From an uncultured Candidatus Saccharibacteria bacterium (GTDB lineage: Bacteria; Patescibacteriota; Saccharimonadia; Saccharimonadales; UBA10212), in NCBI GenBank assembly GCA_964624785.1, contig CAZUXR010000004.1, forward strand, positions 1 through 50,592: DNA of 50,592 nt, in the 5' to 3' direction. The position numbers and the translations under genes were made by a program. The notes beneath the pieces are model-generated. The model was not told where the DNA came from. It saw only the letters and a list, made by a program, of their open reading frames with translations, and did not search any database. Positions 1-9,925 of this stretch are shown in pieces; within the stretch, counting starts at the first letter, position 1; each line of letters starts with the position of its first letter.

Positions 1-343
1 TGACCATGCCGGATTTAACTCCGCCGTTGAAGGAACCGTAGGAGCCGGAGGCTAGTTGAACGGTATCGCCGGCTTGAGCACTATTAAAGACACTGGAAAA
101 GTTGGAGGGAGTGGCAGTTAGTGTAGAAGCCGCGAAAGAACGGAAAATAAATAAAGCGCTTATTGCTACAAAAGCCGCAGCAAAGGTTATTAGGGCTGGT
201 CGAGACAGACGTGCATTACCTAGAAGCGTGGACTTGCCGCTAGTTGTCGAACTGTCCGCCGCTGAATATTTTTTATTTTTGCCTAGAACATGGAAAGGAT
301 CTTTGTTTACTTCTGGATGCTTTTGCTTACGTAGTTTTTTCAT
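1..343 (-). CDS. Partial (runs off window) secreted/membrane-anchored protein, probable start of a right-handed beta-helix domain
   Basis: Not in ORF track. My translation from ATG at 343: MKKLRKQKHPEV...LITFAAAFVAISALFIFRSFAASTLTATPSNFSSVFNSAQAGDTVQLASGSYG. Basic N-terminus, one TM helix, then an AxxGDTVxLxxGxY motif typical of the start of pectin-lyase-like folds. Confidence 0.6.
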   Translation of the reverse strand, partial: MKKLRKQKHPEVNKDPFHVLGKNKKYSAADSSTTSGKSTLLGNARLSRPALITFAAAFVAISALFIFRSFAASTLTATPSNFSSVFNSAQAGDTVQLASGSYGSFNGGVKSGMV

Positions 344-374
344 ATTATCTTCTTATTCTCTATTTATGCTTCTA

Positions 375-830
375 TTACTTAACTTCAAGTGTGCCGTTAA
401 CTGTAGGATTTATGTGATCGTGGTAGCCAAAGCTGCCAGATGTGTTAGCGGTATATTGGTAAGACTGGTTAGTATTTAGGATGGCGGAGCTTAGACCAGG
501 CAGGCTAGTGCCGGTTGGGTGGGGGTTGGCTTGGATTTGGTGAATGGCAGAATCGGTGTTAACCCATTCAATTTTAGTTCCCTTTTTAACTACCAGGTTG
601 GCTGGTACGAAGCCGTCCTTAGTGATAGTTATGTGAGCCATGTTTTGGGTGGCTGCTATGTCCTTTTTGGCTTGGTCGTTGTTAGAAGATGATTTAACAA
701 CTAGGAATAGACCCAAGGCTACGACGATTAGCAGCAGGACCATTACTTTTGGTGTTTTTAGAGCCGATACTAGGCCGCCTTTTTTGTTAGGACCCAAATT
801 TGATGATTCATTGTTACTTTGTTCTTGCAT
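375..830 (-). CDS. Membrane-anchored cupredoxin (plastocyanin-like) domain protein
   Basis: TM helix followed by FVPANLVVKKGTKIEWVN-x4-HQI ... FGYHDHINPTVNGTLEV. Cupredoxin pattern, but the canonical Cys/Met ligands are missing. Confidence 0.8.
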   Translation of the reverse strand: MQEQSNNESSNLGPNKKGGLVSALKTPKVMVLLLIVVALGLFLVVKSSSNNDQAKKDIAATQNMAHITITKDGFVPANLVVKKGTKIEWVNTDSAIHQIQANPHPTGTSLPGLSSAILNTNQSYQYTANTSGSFGYHDHINPTVNGTLEVK

Positions 831-939
831 GGCTAACTTGTTCTCCCCACTTAATTTGTTTAGAGCCTTTGCCCTAGATTAGTACTTATGCTTTAGAGTT
901 TAGGGAGATTTTTTTTAAATGCAAGAAAAACATTACCGC

Positions 940-2256
940 TTATGGCGCTAGCCTGTTCATATCTCTTGGAAATAGCGTTGCTTCTTTGATGTTATTTAGA
1001 CCGATTAGCTTTTCGGTGGTACGTTCTAGCCCCCAGCCAAAACCGCCATGCGGAGGCAAACCATATTTGAATGCCGCCAGGTAATGTTTAAACCCGGGAT
1101 GATCCGGATCGCCGTTAGCTAAAGTTTTTAGTTGATCTACTAGAACTTCGTAGCGGTGTTCGCGCATCGGCACTGTAGCAATTTCTACTCCGCGGAACAG
1201 TAGGTCTGCGCGGTCGGCCAGTTCAGGGTTATTGGCATTTTTGCGGTGGTAAAATTTGAAAGTCTTGTCGGTACTTGGCCACTCGGTAACAAAAACAGCC
1301 TCACTGCCCAAATTCTTTTTGGCGTATTCGCAAATCCATCTTTCTTCGTCAGGGGACAAGTCGCCTTCGTCGCTTACTGCTGTTTTGTTTGCCTTAGCGT
1401 AAAGTCCATGAACTTCGCGCATTGGAATCTGTGGCAAATCGGCACTCAGCACGGGCTTACTAGCATTCCAGCGCTTAAGCCGGTCGCCATATTCGCTATA
1501 AACATCGTCCACAATACGGTTCAGTAAGCCACTAGCCAGTTTTAAAAGATCTTCGAATTCTATGAATCCAAGCTCTACGTCAATAGTTATGTATTCGGTC
1601 ATGTGGCGAGTTGTGGCGCTGGGTTCGGCACGATAAGTTGGGTTTGTTTCGAAAACCCGCTCAAAAACCCCTACCATAATCTGCTTGTAAAACTGAGCGC
1701 TTTGGGCCAGTGTTGCTTCCTTACCAAAATAATCCAACTTAAAGACTTCTGCTCCTCCCTCGGTGGCCTCTGCTAACAGCTTGGGCGTGTTCATTTCTGT
1801 AAAGTCGTTTTCTTTTAAGTAACTACGTGTGGCTTCCAGCACCTTGCCCTGGACTTTAAAAATAGTCTGTTCGTCCAGGTTACGCAGACCAACCACTCGG
1901 TTGTCGAACAACGTATCTAGGTTGTCTGGCTTGTGGCTTAGAGGTTTGTCAATTTCTATCGGTGATTCATCTGTTACTGGCACCAGCACAGTCAGTTTTG
2001 GATCGTGAATTTCGGCTCCGCCCGGGGCACGTTCGTCTTCGATAACTTTTCCGGTAACTTCCAGAACTGTACCGATCTGCAATCCGCGCAGCTTCTCTAC
2101 CTCGTCTTTATCCTGGACTAATATCTGGACCAAGCCACGGCGATCGCGGACATTAATAAAGTTTAGCCCGCCTAGCAAGCGCTTTTTATGCAGCCAGCCT
2201 TTGATTAAAATTTCTTCGCCAATGTGTCCGGCAATTTCTGAACTTAAGATTCTCAT
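940..2256 (-). CDS. aspS: Aspartate--tRNA(Asp/Asn) ligase, short non-discriminating type
   Basis: N-terminal OB fold (GWLHKKR, RDRRG), motif 2 YRAE, TEGGAEVF, LAQSAQFYKQ, motif 3 PPHGGFGWGLER. 438 aa with no GAD insertion. Confidence 0.93.
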   Translation of the reverse strand: MRILSSEIAGHIGEEILIKGWLHKKRLLGGLNFINVRDRRGLVQILVQDKDEVEKLRGLQIGTVLEVTGKVIEDERAPGGAEIHDPKLTVLVPVTDESPIEIDKPLSHKPDNLDTLFDNRVVGLRNLDEQTIFKVQGKVLEATRSYLKENDFTEMNTPKLLAEATEGGAEVFKLDYFGKEATLAQSAQFYKQIMVGVFERVFETNPTYRAEPSATTRHMTEYITIDVELGFIEFEDLLKLASGLLNRIVDDVYSEYGDRLKRWNASKPVLSADLPQIPMREVHGLYAKANKTAVSDEGDLSPDEERWICEYAKKNLGSEAVFVTEWPSTDKTFKFYHRKNANNPELADRADLLFRGVEIATVPMREHRYEVLVDQLKTLANGDPDHPGFKHYLAAFKYGLPPHGGFGWGLERTTEKLIGLNNIKEATLFPRDMNRLAP

Positions 2257-2397
2257 TTTTAGTTATTCCTGATTAATTTAGTTGTAAGCCTAGGGTTATG
2301 GGCCAAAACTCTTCAATAACTGCCAGCTTTAAAAAGCAGCCAGAGCGGCCCGTGGATTCATATTATTTATGCAACTTACAAACAACTTCATTACTGG

Positions 2398-3444
2398 TCA
2401 TTCTACCTCAGTCGATGCTCTTTGGCTATAGCGATGATGTTCTTTTTGAGCTTCATGCGCGGCGACGGCGCGAAGATCGTCGTATTGGTCGAATTCGTCC
2501 ACAATTTTAGCGCCCAAAATTTGCTCAATAACGTCTTCGGTACTTATTACTCCAGATATTTCCTCAAAGTTATTCACTACCACCAACAAGTGGTGTTGTG
2601 TTTTTAGGAATACGGCTAGCGCTTCACGTAAATTCTGGGCTTCGTTTATAAAGTAGACCTTGGAATTCATAACATCGCTCACCTTGCCTTTGCCCTCGTG
2701 GCCAACCAGATCTTTTAAGTACAAAGTTCCGACGATTGTTGGATTAGCTGCTTTTAGGGAATCTTTAACCACTGGAAACCTGCTAAACCCACTGGCGTGC
2801 AGTTCGTCCATTAATAGAGGACCTACGGCGTCACTAGCGGATACGAACTTTACTATTCTGCGCGGTGTCATTATGCTACCAACCGTTTTATCGCCAAATG
2901 TCAGCGCGCCAGCCACAACATTTAAATCTTCTTCCGGGATGCGATTGTCCGGCTGCTCTATCTGCGCCTTAACTAAATCCAGTAGGTCTTCTTTTTCATA
3001 AACTCCAGTATGAATGTGTAATTGTCGCAAACTTTTTAGCCGGTCGGGAATTCTAACTACAACAGGGCGCACAAAGCTTAAAATACTGGTAATTGCCGGT
3101 GCTACTACTGTGACAACGCGCCAAGCTATATGATCGGTGCTAGTAAATTTTTTGTCCGTTAATACAATGCTGCTAATTAGCAGAACTGCGGCAACGCCCA
3201 ACCAAGAGTTATAATTCGCCGCCATCAAAAAAAGCGCGGCTGCGGCAGTGGCGGCAACTAGCCATAAAAACAAATCCAGACTTCTGCCATAAGCAACCAT
3301 CTTATAAACTGCGGCGGCATTTGCGTCGTGTCCACTGCGAGCGCGGCGGCGAAGTTCTTTGACCGTTAAAGAACCACTGACTTTAACCGTTAAAACACTC
3401 AGAGCAAAAAGCACAGACCATATTATTATGATTGCGGTTTTCAT
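2398..3444 (-). CDS. CNNM/hemolysin-C (CorC/TlyC-like) membrane protein with CBS domains
   Basis: N-terminal TM helices; GALTFGDKTVGSIMTPR, GFSRFPV, GTLYLKDL, EDVIEQILGAKIVDEFD. Confidence 0.85.
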   Translation of the reverse strand: MKTAIIIIWSVLFALSVLTVKVSGSLTVKELRRRARSGHDANAAAVYKMVAYGRSLDLFLWLVAATAAAALFLMAANYNSWLGVAAVLLISSIVLTDKKFTSTDHIAWRVVTVVAPAITSILSFVRPVVVRIPDRLKSLRQLHIHTGVYEKEDLLDLVKAQIEQPDNRIPEEDLNVVAGALTFGDKTVGSIMTPRRIVKFVSASDAVGPLLMDELHASGFSRFPVVKDSLKAANPTIVGTLYLKDLVGHEGKGKVSDVMNSKVYFINEAQNLREALAVFLKTQHHLLVVVNNFEEISGVISTEDVIEQILGAKIVDEFDQYDDLRAVAAHEAQKEHHRYSQRASTEVE

Positions 3445-3485
3445 AGTTATATCTTACATCAAAAGAATATGGCATTGATGGTATT

Positions 3486-4193
3486 ATGGAAAGTAGAAAA
3501 AAGGAGGTTCGATTAACGAAACTTATGGATAAGAGATTTTTAGCTATATTGTCCGTGCTTATTATTGTGTTTGGTGGGATTTTTGTAGCGAGTCAGAATT
3601 CAAACAGTAAAGCGCCTGGCGGCGGTTCGGCAACCCCGGATAAAGCCACCAACCATGTGATTGGCGAGGGCAAAAAGAATGTAACATTGCTAGAGTACGG
3701 CGACTACCAATGCCCTGTCTGCGAATCATACTTCCCGGTGGTTAAACAGGTGCTTGATACCTACAAGCAAGATATTAAACTTCAATTCCGAAACCTTCCG
3801 CTTACGCAGCTTCACCCTAACGCTTTTGCGGCGGCGCGCGCAGCCGAAGCAGCTGCCTTGCAGGGCAAATTCTGGGAAATGCACGACATGCTTTACGACC
3901 AGACCAATTGGCAAAACTGGACCGAAGCCAAGAACTCGCAGACCTTCTTTAATACTTACGCCCAGCAACTTGGGCTTGATGTAGCTAAGTTTAAAACAGA
4001 CTATGCTGGCGGGCAGGTAAATACGTCTATCAATGCAGACCTTGCGGCGTTTCTTAAAACCGGCCAAGAGCAAGCAACTCCAAGCTTTTTCATAAACGGT
4101 AAACCAATACAAACCAGCCAGGTGTCTGATACCAACGGCCCTAGTTTTGCCAAATTCAAAAAGCTTATCGACGCAGCAATCGCCAAGTCATAG
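3486..4193 (+). CDS. DsbA-family thiol:disulfide oxidoreductase (true start possibly 3525)
   Basis: TM anchor, EYGDYQCPVC, AAEAAALQGKFWEMHDMLY, cis-Pro ATPSFFING. Confidence 0.9.
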   Translation: MESRKKEVRLTKLMDKRFLAILSVLIIVFGGIFVASQNSNSKAPGGGSATPDKATNHVIGEGKKNVTLLEYGDYQCPVCESYFPVVKQVLDTYKQDIKLQFRNLPLTQLHPNAFAAARAAEAAALQGKFWEMHDMLYDQTNWQNWTEAKNSQTFFNTYAQQLGLDVAKFKTDYAGGQVNTSINADLAAFLKTGQEQATPSFFINGKPIQTSQVSDTNGPSFAKFKKLIDAAIAKS

Positions 4194-4279
4194 CTTCAAT
4201 CTGTAGTGGTCGACGATTGCGGTTGTGTTAAATCTTCTTAGCGTATACCATATGCTCTAGACTCTATATAAACGCAACT

Positions 4280-5647
4280 ATGGCTAAAAAAAATATACTA
4301 GAAAGAATAGCCGAGGCGCCCGCGTCGGCGCTTGATGCTACAATAACCGAGACCGAACACTTGGCAAATGCTATACCAAATAGCAAAACAGTTAAAAAGA
4401 CTAGGGAATACTGGAACGTGCTGGGGCCCGGGCTAACCACCGGCGCTTCCGACGACGATCCTTCCGGTATTGCAACTTATTCACAAACTGGCGCGCAATA
4501 CGGTTTTCAGCTTCTTTGGCTAAGTGTATTCACCTTCCCCCTTATGGCAGTCGTGCAAGAAATGTGCGCCAGAATAGGAATTGTTACCGGCCGCGGGCTA
4601 GCAGGTAACATTCGTGCTCATTTTTCTAAAAGGACTCTTTATGTTTGCACGGTGATGCTATTCGCTGCCAATGCCTTCAACATCGGCGCCGACCTTGGGG
4701 CGATGGCCAAAGCCGTCCAGCTACTTAGGCCTAGCGTTAATTTTGGCGCGGCAGTTATTGGCTTTGCGTTTTTATGTGTGGTGCTGCAAATATTCCTACC
4801 CTATGCTCGGTATGCGCATTACCTAAAATGGATGGCGCTAGTGCTGCTAGCCTACGTGGCTTCGGCTATTTTGGCACATTTGCAATGGGGCGATGTTATT
4901 CACCATGCCATTCAGCCATCTATCCATTGGGACAAAACCCAGCTGCTTTTGATATGTGCGATTTTGGGAACCACAATTTCCCCTTACTTATTTTTTTGGC
5001 AAACTTCGCAGGAAGTAGAAAATCAAATCTTAGACGGTAAGACTACTATGGCTTCACGCAAAGGCGCCCATCCAGACGAAATTCGCGCCATGCGAGTTGA
5101 TGTGTGGAGCGGAATGCTGCTTTCTAACGTGGTTATGTTTTTTATTATTGCGGCCTGTGGAGCGATCCTTTTCCCTGCCGGCATCACCGAGATTAAAAGC
5201 GCCGCTCAGGCGGCAGAGGCCTTGCGACCATTTGCCGGCAATGCTACATACTTCCTGTTTGCGATTGGAATTATAGGAACTGGGCTTTTGGCCATCCCGG
5301 TTTTAGCTGGATCAAGCAGCTACGCCGCCGCCGAAAGTTTTAAATGGCGCGAAGGACTTTACCGCAAGCTCAAGCAGGCTCACGCTTTTTACGGAGTTCT
5401 GCTAATTTCCGTCCTGGTTGGACTTGGGATGAACTTTCTTGGTATAGATCCAATTAAAGCGCTAATCTATTCGGCCATAGCCAACGGTATCGTCGCCCCT
5501 GTAGTTCTGACACTTATCGTTTTAATTAGTAGCAATAAACACATTATGGGCGAATGGGTAAATAAGCGTTCGACTACAAATATCGGCTGGGTGGTCACCG
5601 GCGTAATGATTGTGGCCGGCTTGGCCGCCATCTTATCCTTCTTTTAG
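4280..5647 (+). CDS. NRAMP-family divalent metal cation transporter
   Basis: LGPGLTTGASDDDPSGIATYSQ and LGTTISPYLFFWQ motifs; about 11 TM helices. Confidence 0.9.
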   Translation: MAKKNILERIAEAPASALDATITETEHLANAIPNSKTVKKTREYWNVLGPGLTTGASDDDPSGIATYSQTGAQYGFQLLWLSVFTFPLMAVVQEMCARIGIVTGRGLAGNIRAHFSKRTLYVCTVMLFAANAFNIGADLGAMAKAVQLLRPSVNFGAAVIGFAFLCVVLQIFLPYARYAHYLKWMALVLLAYVASAILAHLQWGDVIHHAIQPSIHWDKTQLLLICAILGTTISPYLFFWQTSQEVENQILDGKTTMASRKGAHPDEIRAMRVDVWSGMLLSNVVMFFIIAACGAILFPAGITEIKSAAQAAEALRPFAGNATYFLFAIGIIGTGLLAIPVLAGSSSYAAAESFKWREGLYRKLKQAHAFYGVLLISVLVGLGMNFLGIDPIKALIYSAIANGIVAPVVLTLIVLISSNKHIMGEWVNKRSTTNIGWVVTGVMIVAGLAAILSFF

Positions 5648-5678
5648 CATAAGGGTTTCTAAGTTAAAATAGGTCTTA

Positions 5679-7439
5679 ATGGATAATCTCTTCTATGGTT
5701 TGAGTGTAATAATCGCAATTGGCGCAGCGGTGGCTATTGTTATGCGTGCTATCGGCCAACCACTGATGATTGGGCATATTTTGACCGGTGTTATTATCGG
5801 ACCGGCCGCGCTGCATGTGCTTGATTCGCCGGATACTCTAAAGGTTTTTGGAACGCTCGGTATCGCCTTGCTACTGTTTATTATCGGCCTAGGGATGAAG
5901 CCGAAAGTAGTTAAAGAGGTTGGCAAACCATCCATGATAGTTACCGCCACACAGATGATTATTACCGGAACGCTTGCATGGTTTGTGACCAGAGCGCTTG
6001 GACTGTCCCACGCTGAAGCATTTTTTGTATCTATTGGCCTTACTATTAACAGCACGATTGTGGCGCTAAAACTTCTGAGCGATAAGCGGGAAGTCGAGCG
6101 TTTGCACGGCAAACTGACAATCGGCGCATCGCTGGTAGAAGACGTTATTGCCGGCATATTTTTACTTTTTATTGCATCTGCGCACGACGGTCAATGGCTA
6201 AGTGTTAGCCTGCTGGGCGACCTTGTTATAAAAGGTTTAATTATCGGCATTATTATGTACCTGGTCAGTACAGAAGTTTTGCCTCATGCTAAAAAATTAA
6301 TCGCTAACGACCAAGAAGTCTTGTTTTTGTTCGCCATAGCTTGGGGATTGGGAAGCGCCGCATTATTAGCCAAATCTGGATTCTCGCTAGAGGTTGGTGC
6401 TTTGGCGGCTGGTATTAGTCTGGCCGGGTTGCCTTATGCGCAGGAGATTGCCTCACGGCTGCGCCCTTTGCGCGACTTTTTTGTAATCGTGTTTTTTATA
6501 GCGCTCGGCACAGAGCTGTCTTTGCGCGGATTTACAGAACTAATCCCCGTTATTCTGGCTGCGGTATTAATAGTTGTGGTTTTAAAGCCGCTAATCATTA
6601 TGGCAACTTTAGGTTTTTTGGGCTACACAAAACGTACAAGTTTTAAAACTGCCCTGGCCCTAACCCAAGTTAGTGAATTCTCTATAATTCTAGTTATTCT
6701 TGGCCAGCAGCAGGGCTTAATCAGTCAAAAAATTGTTAGCATGTTGACGTTTATCGCCCTGATTACCATCGCTATTTCTACTTACCTGGTTACTTATAGC
6801 GACAAGGTTTACGCCAATTTTGAAAAGTATTTAGGAATGTTTGAACGCCGCCACACAAATCACGAACAAAAAGGTGTTATGAATTACGACTTTATTCTTT
6901 TTGGCTACCGCAAGGGCGGGCATGAATTCGTGCGAGTGTTCAAACAGCTCAAAAAAAGTTTTGTGGTTGTAGATTACGACCCGGAAGTTATAGAGACAAT
7001 GGAACACCGTGGCATAAATTACTTGTATGGCGATGCTACGGATATAGAACTACTGGAAGAAGCTGGCATATCTACTGCGAAGCTGGTTGTTTCTACAATT
7101 ACCGACTACGAGGCGACTTCTATATTACTAAGGTTTGTCGAAGATAAAAATCCTAGCTGCGTGGTAATTTGCGAGGCCGAAAGCGCCGAACAAGCTGCAA
7201 CGCTTTACCGCCAAGGCGCAAGCTATGTAATTTTGCCACACTTTATCGGTAGCGAAAAAATCGGCGACTTTATTAGAACTTCTGGTGTTAGCAAAAGCGC
7301 ATTCCACACCTTCCGAAACAAACATCTTAAGTATTTAGAAGAACAATTTGGAGTGCTTGACGCCGCCGCCGAGCATGAACGCCACCTGGGTCACGCCATA
7401 GTACAAAGCATGGCCGCCCTCACAAAACCCAAGAACTAA
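5679..7439 (+). CDS. CPA2 cation:proton antiporter (KefB/KefC-like) with C-terminal TrkA-N/RCK domain
   Basis: GIALLLFIIGL, PLRDFF, QVSEFSII; C-terminal VVVDYDPE...YGDATD RCK domain with a degenerate GYRKGG motif. Confidence 0.88.
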   Translation: MDNLFYGLSVIIAIGAAVAIVMRAIGQPLMIGHILTGVIIGPAALHVLDSPDTLKVFGTLGIALLLFIIGLGMKPKVVKEVGKPSMIVTATQMIITGTLAWFVTRALGLSHAEAFFVSIGLTINSTIVALKLLSDKREVERLHGKLTIGASLVEDVIAGIFLLFIASAHDGQWLSVSLLGDLVIKGLIIGIIMYLVSTEVLPHAKKLIANDQEVLFLFAIAWGLGSAALLAKSGFSLEVGALAAGISLAGLPYAQEIASRLRPLRDFFVIVFFIALGTELSLRGFTELIPVILAAVLIVVVLKPLIIMATLGFLGYTKRTSFKTALALTQVSEFSIILVILGQQQGLISQKIVSMLTFIALITIAISTYLVTYSDKVYANFEKYLGMFERRHTNHEQKGVMNYDFILFGYRKGGHEFVRVFKQLKKSFVVVDYDPEVIETMEHRGINYLYGDATDIELLEEAGISTAKLVVSTITDYEATSILLRFVEDKNPSCVVICEAESAEQAATLYRQGASYVILPHFIGSEKIGDFIRTSGVSKSAFHTFRNKHLKYLEEQFGVLDAAAEHERHLGHAIVQSMAALTKPKN

Positions 7440-9766
7440 ATTCTTAGTTTATTAGGGGCCACTTGGCTTAGATAAAGTTGAAGAGCAGATTTTCCGATTG
7501 CGTATGCATGAGCAATGCCATTTTTAGCGTTGTCTATACCCACAACTGGCGTCGCAATAAGTTCGTGAGTACCAGTGCCTTGACGTGCTTTATTTATCTC
7601 TTCCTCATTCTTCAGCTTCTCAATTTCATCAGCTAGGTGTAGCTTAAGTGTCAGCCGTGCCAAAGACTCAACTAGTTCCGGCGTGTGCTCAATTTCCAGC
7701 TCAATCAAAAGCTCGGCGAATAATTCCCTTAACTCCCCCTGGATTTCAAGCTCGCTAACCATACCCTCGCCCTCGTCAGTGTTTAGCTCGGCTGATACTT
7801 CCAATATCTTATCGAGGATTTCGTTTGCCTTCTTGGTTGTCTCCGGTTCGCTAGTTTCGATCTGTTTGGTTAGCTGAACAAGAGTATCTTCAATCCCCTC
7901 AATCGGCGCGCTGGTTCTAATTAGTCCTTCTGGGATGGTAATTTCCGCTTGTTGCAATGAATCCGGTTCATCCCTGGCCTGCATAGTTAAGGCGACTTCT
8001 TCGGTTTCTGAACCGGACCCGCCCAAAACCTCATTTTCTTCAAGATCTTCTGTAGCTACTTCAAGGGAATAAAAATTGGTTGATCCCTCATCTGACGATT
8101 CTGGGGGTACAGGGATTTTGGGCAGGTCCAGTAAATCAGATTCTGCGATCACATGAGTAAGGGACTCTTGCATCGCAGCAGCTTCTAAGTCTGGTTCAGT
8201 CAGACAGCCTAACACAACTTTCCCGGTTTCGACTAAATCTACAGATCCCTCAATATTCAGTTGGTCTACAGGAATGCCAAGTTTCGGCTCGACTGCACCG
8301 GACTCATCCAGCTCTATGGTACTACGCGGTGTAGGCACAGCCTCATCATTTGCTTCATCTACTACAGGTAGTTCGAGAGAATCAGCTCCTCGTTCTGTGT
8401 CGAGTTGAGAGGGGCCCCCAGCCACAGCTTCCATAGCGGCATTCACTGCAACATCCACAACCAACAACCCAGGATCAGGCGCTTGCTGGTCTGCGCTAGC
8501 TTCTTGTCCGCTGGTGGGTTCTACACTATTGGGTTTAGCAGCCTCGGCTGAAGCTGTTGCGGGTGGTGTGGGTGCTTCATCCGCGCCACCACTACCAATT
8601 TCTGTAACTAAATTGTCTGACTCCAGAGAACCTTCCGGCGCGGACACAGCTGTGTCCGTAATAGCCTCCGCCGACACACTATCTGTGCCGCTAGCAAATT
8701 CAGATGTGGGAATTACAGGTTCGACACCTACTTCTACATGTGGTTCCAAAGTCACCACAGTTTCGTTACTGGCTGAGGATTGTTGCCCTGGTTCAACAGT
8801 AAATTGTTCTGTGTCTTCAGCAGCAGGAGCTACTTCTTTTTCTGGAATCTGTACCTCCGCCGTTTTTACTGAGGCCTGCGCTTTGGGAACCTCGGCGGCA
8901 GTCACATGTGCAATAGTAATTTCTTCGGCTTCGGCTTTAGCTTTGGCGGGTTCTACTTTGTCCGTATTTTTTTTGACTACAGGTTCCACGGGTTTAGATT
9001 CTTCGCCAGTCCCAATTCTAGCCCCAGTTCTAGAAAATTCTTGGCTTGAAGTCCTGGATATTTTGCTCGTTACCACCGGTGCTTTTGGCGCTACGATACT
9101 ATCTGCTGCGATGGTTCTTGTAGGACCGTCCGAAATTTTAACAGCTGCTTCAGCCTTACCGGGGACTTGACTAGAATTGACAGGCGCTAGATTTTCTACG
9201 GTAACCCTGCCGGTGGCTTCAGGTACATAAGCTTCTGCCGCACTAACTAGTTGCTCCGGGGATTTAGTACCTTCAGCCGCAGCCGTCTCCGCTTCAATTT
9301 TCTGCGACCCGACAGGAGTCTGCGCCTCCGGGATTGCTTCGGTCGCCTCACTCTTCCTGTCAATTTCTTCGGCTTTAGCGATTTCGCCAACTTCAGGCTC
9401 GGCCTCTTCGGCCGGAACCCCAACTTCTACCACCTGATTGGCCAGCATCCCCTGAACCTCGGATATTACCGAAGCCGGACCTTCTATTATCATCGCCCCT
9501 TTAGCGGACGGCGGCCAAATAGTATTTATGGCATTGCCCAGCGTCATTTCGGCTCCGCCCAATCGATCGCAACGTATAACCGTGGTAGCGTGGGCAGCTA
9601 GAATTGGCGCTAAAAAGTTATCTAAATCCTCGGCCGCGGCCAGAACCTCCTCGTACGAAAACCCTTCCAAAGGACTGACAAAATTGTTAGGATTCGGTCC
9701 CACATCAAAATCATCAGACGTAGATACGCCTCCGATTTCCATGGTAGCTCCGTAAGTTTCGCTCAA
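7436..9766 (-). CDS. Hypothetical, very acidic, largely low-complexity protein (TTG start)
   Basis: 776-aa ORF rich in E/A/S/T/P/V; TAGGGG RBS-like sequence at 9775-9780; probable helical C-terminus. No family recognised. Confidence 0.7.
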   Translation of the reverse strand: MSETYGATMEIGGVSTSDDFDVGPNPNNFVSPLEGFSYEEVLAAAEDLDNFLAPILAAHATTVIRCDRLGGAEMTLGNAINTIWPPSAKGAMIIEGPASVISEVQGMLANQVVEVGVPAEEAEPEVGEIAKAEEIDRKSEATEAIPEAQTPVGSQKIEAETAAAEGTKSPEQLVSAAEAYVPEATGRVTVENLAPVNSSQVPGKAEAAVKISDGPTRTIAADSIVAPKAPVVTSKISRTSSQEFSRTGARIGTGEESKPVEPVVKKNTDKVEPAKAKAEAEEITIAHVTAAEVPKAQASVKTAEVQIPEKEVAPAAEDTEQFTVEPGQQSSASNETVVTLEPHVEVGVEPVIPTSEFASGTDSVSAEAITDTAVSAPEGSLESDNLVTEIGSGGADEAPTPPATASAEAAKPNSVEPTSGQEASADQQAPDPGLLVVDVAVNAAMEAVAGGPSQLDTERGADSLELPVVDEANDEAVPTPRSTIELDESGAVEPKLGIPVDQLNIEGSVDLVETGKVVLGCLTEPDLEAAAMQESLTHVIAESDLLDLPKIPVPPESSDEGSTNFYSLEVATEDLEENEVLGGSGSETEEVALTMQARDEPDSLQQAEITIPEGLIRTSAPIEGIEDTLVQLTKQIETSEPETTKKANEILDKILEVSAELNTDEGEGMVSELEIQGELRELFAELLIELEIEHTPELVESLARLTLKLHLADEIEKLKNEEEINKARQGTGTHELIATPVVGIDNAKNGIAHAYAIGKSALQLYLSQVAPNKLRI

Positions 9767-9811
9767 TCTAAAAACCCCTATCCCGAGCGGATGGGGGGTC
9801 TATAAAAAACC

Positions 9812-9915
9812 CTTGGCTCCTGCTCGGGAGACTTTATAATCCGTGTCGGGCTTTAACCGTTGCGGCACAGCGTAGGAATCTAACCTACTTCCGGATATTA
9901 TTTGTTAACTTTTGA
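9812..9915 (-). ncRNA. Cobalamin riboswitch, short class II (AdoCbl-variant-like)
   Basis: Minus strand reads AUCC-GGAA-GUAGG-UUAGAUU-CCUAC-GCUGUGCCGC-AA-CGG-UUAAAGC-CCG-ACA-CGGAU ... CUCC-CGAGCA-GGAG. This gives the GGAA junction, P4 with T-loop, P5, P6 and a P13-like hairpin. Boundaries approximate. Confidence 0.72.
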
Positions 9916-9925
9916 CCTTAAATTT

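Noticed and set aside
842-916. TCTCCC...GGGAGA followed by a T-run as a terminator
   Set aside because: Arms are short and ~55 nt apart, and the T-run is on the strand opposite the flanking genes.
8514-9601. Plus-strand ORFs of 218 and 116 aa, and similar shadow ORFs throughout the window
   Set aside because: Antisense or out-of-frame shadows of longer ORFs that have clear motifs or start signals.
9812-9915. FMN riboswitch
   Set aside because: It has a T-loop hairpin but lacks the second symmetric domain and the AGUC..GAUGGGAG end; the GGAA...GCAACGG pattern fits cobalamin class II better.
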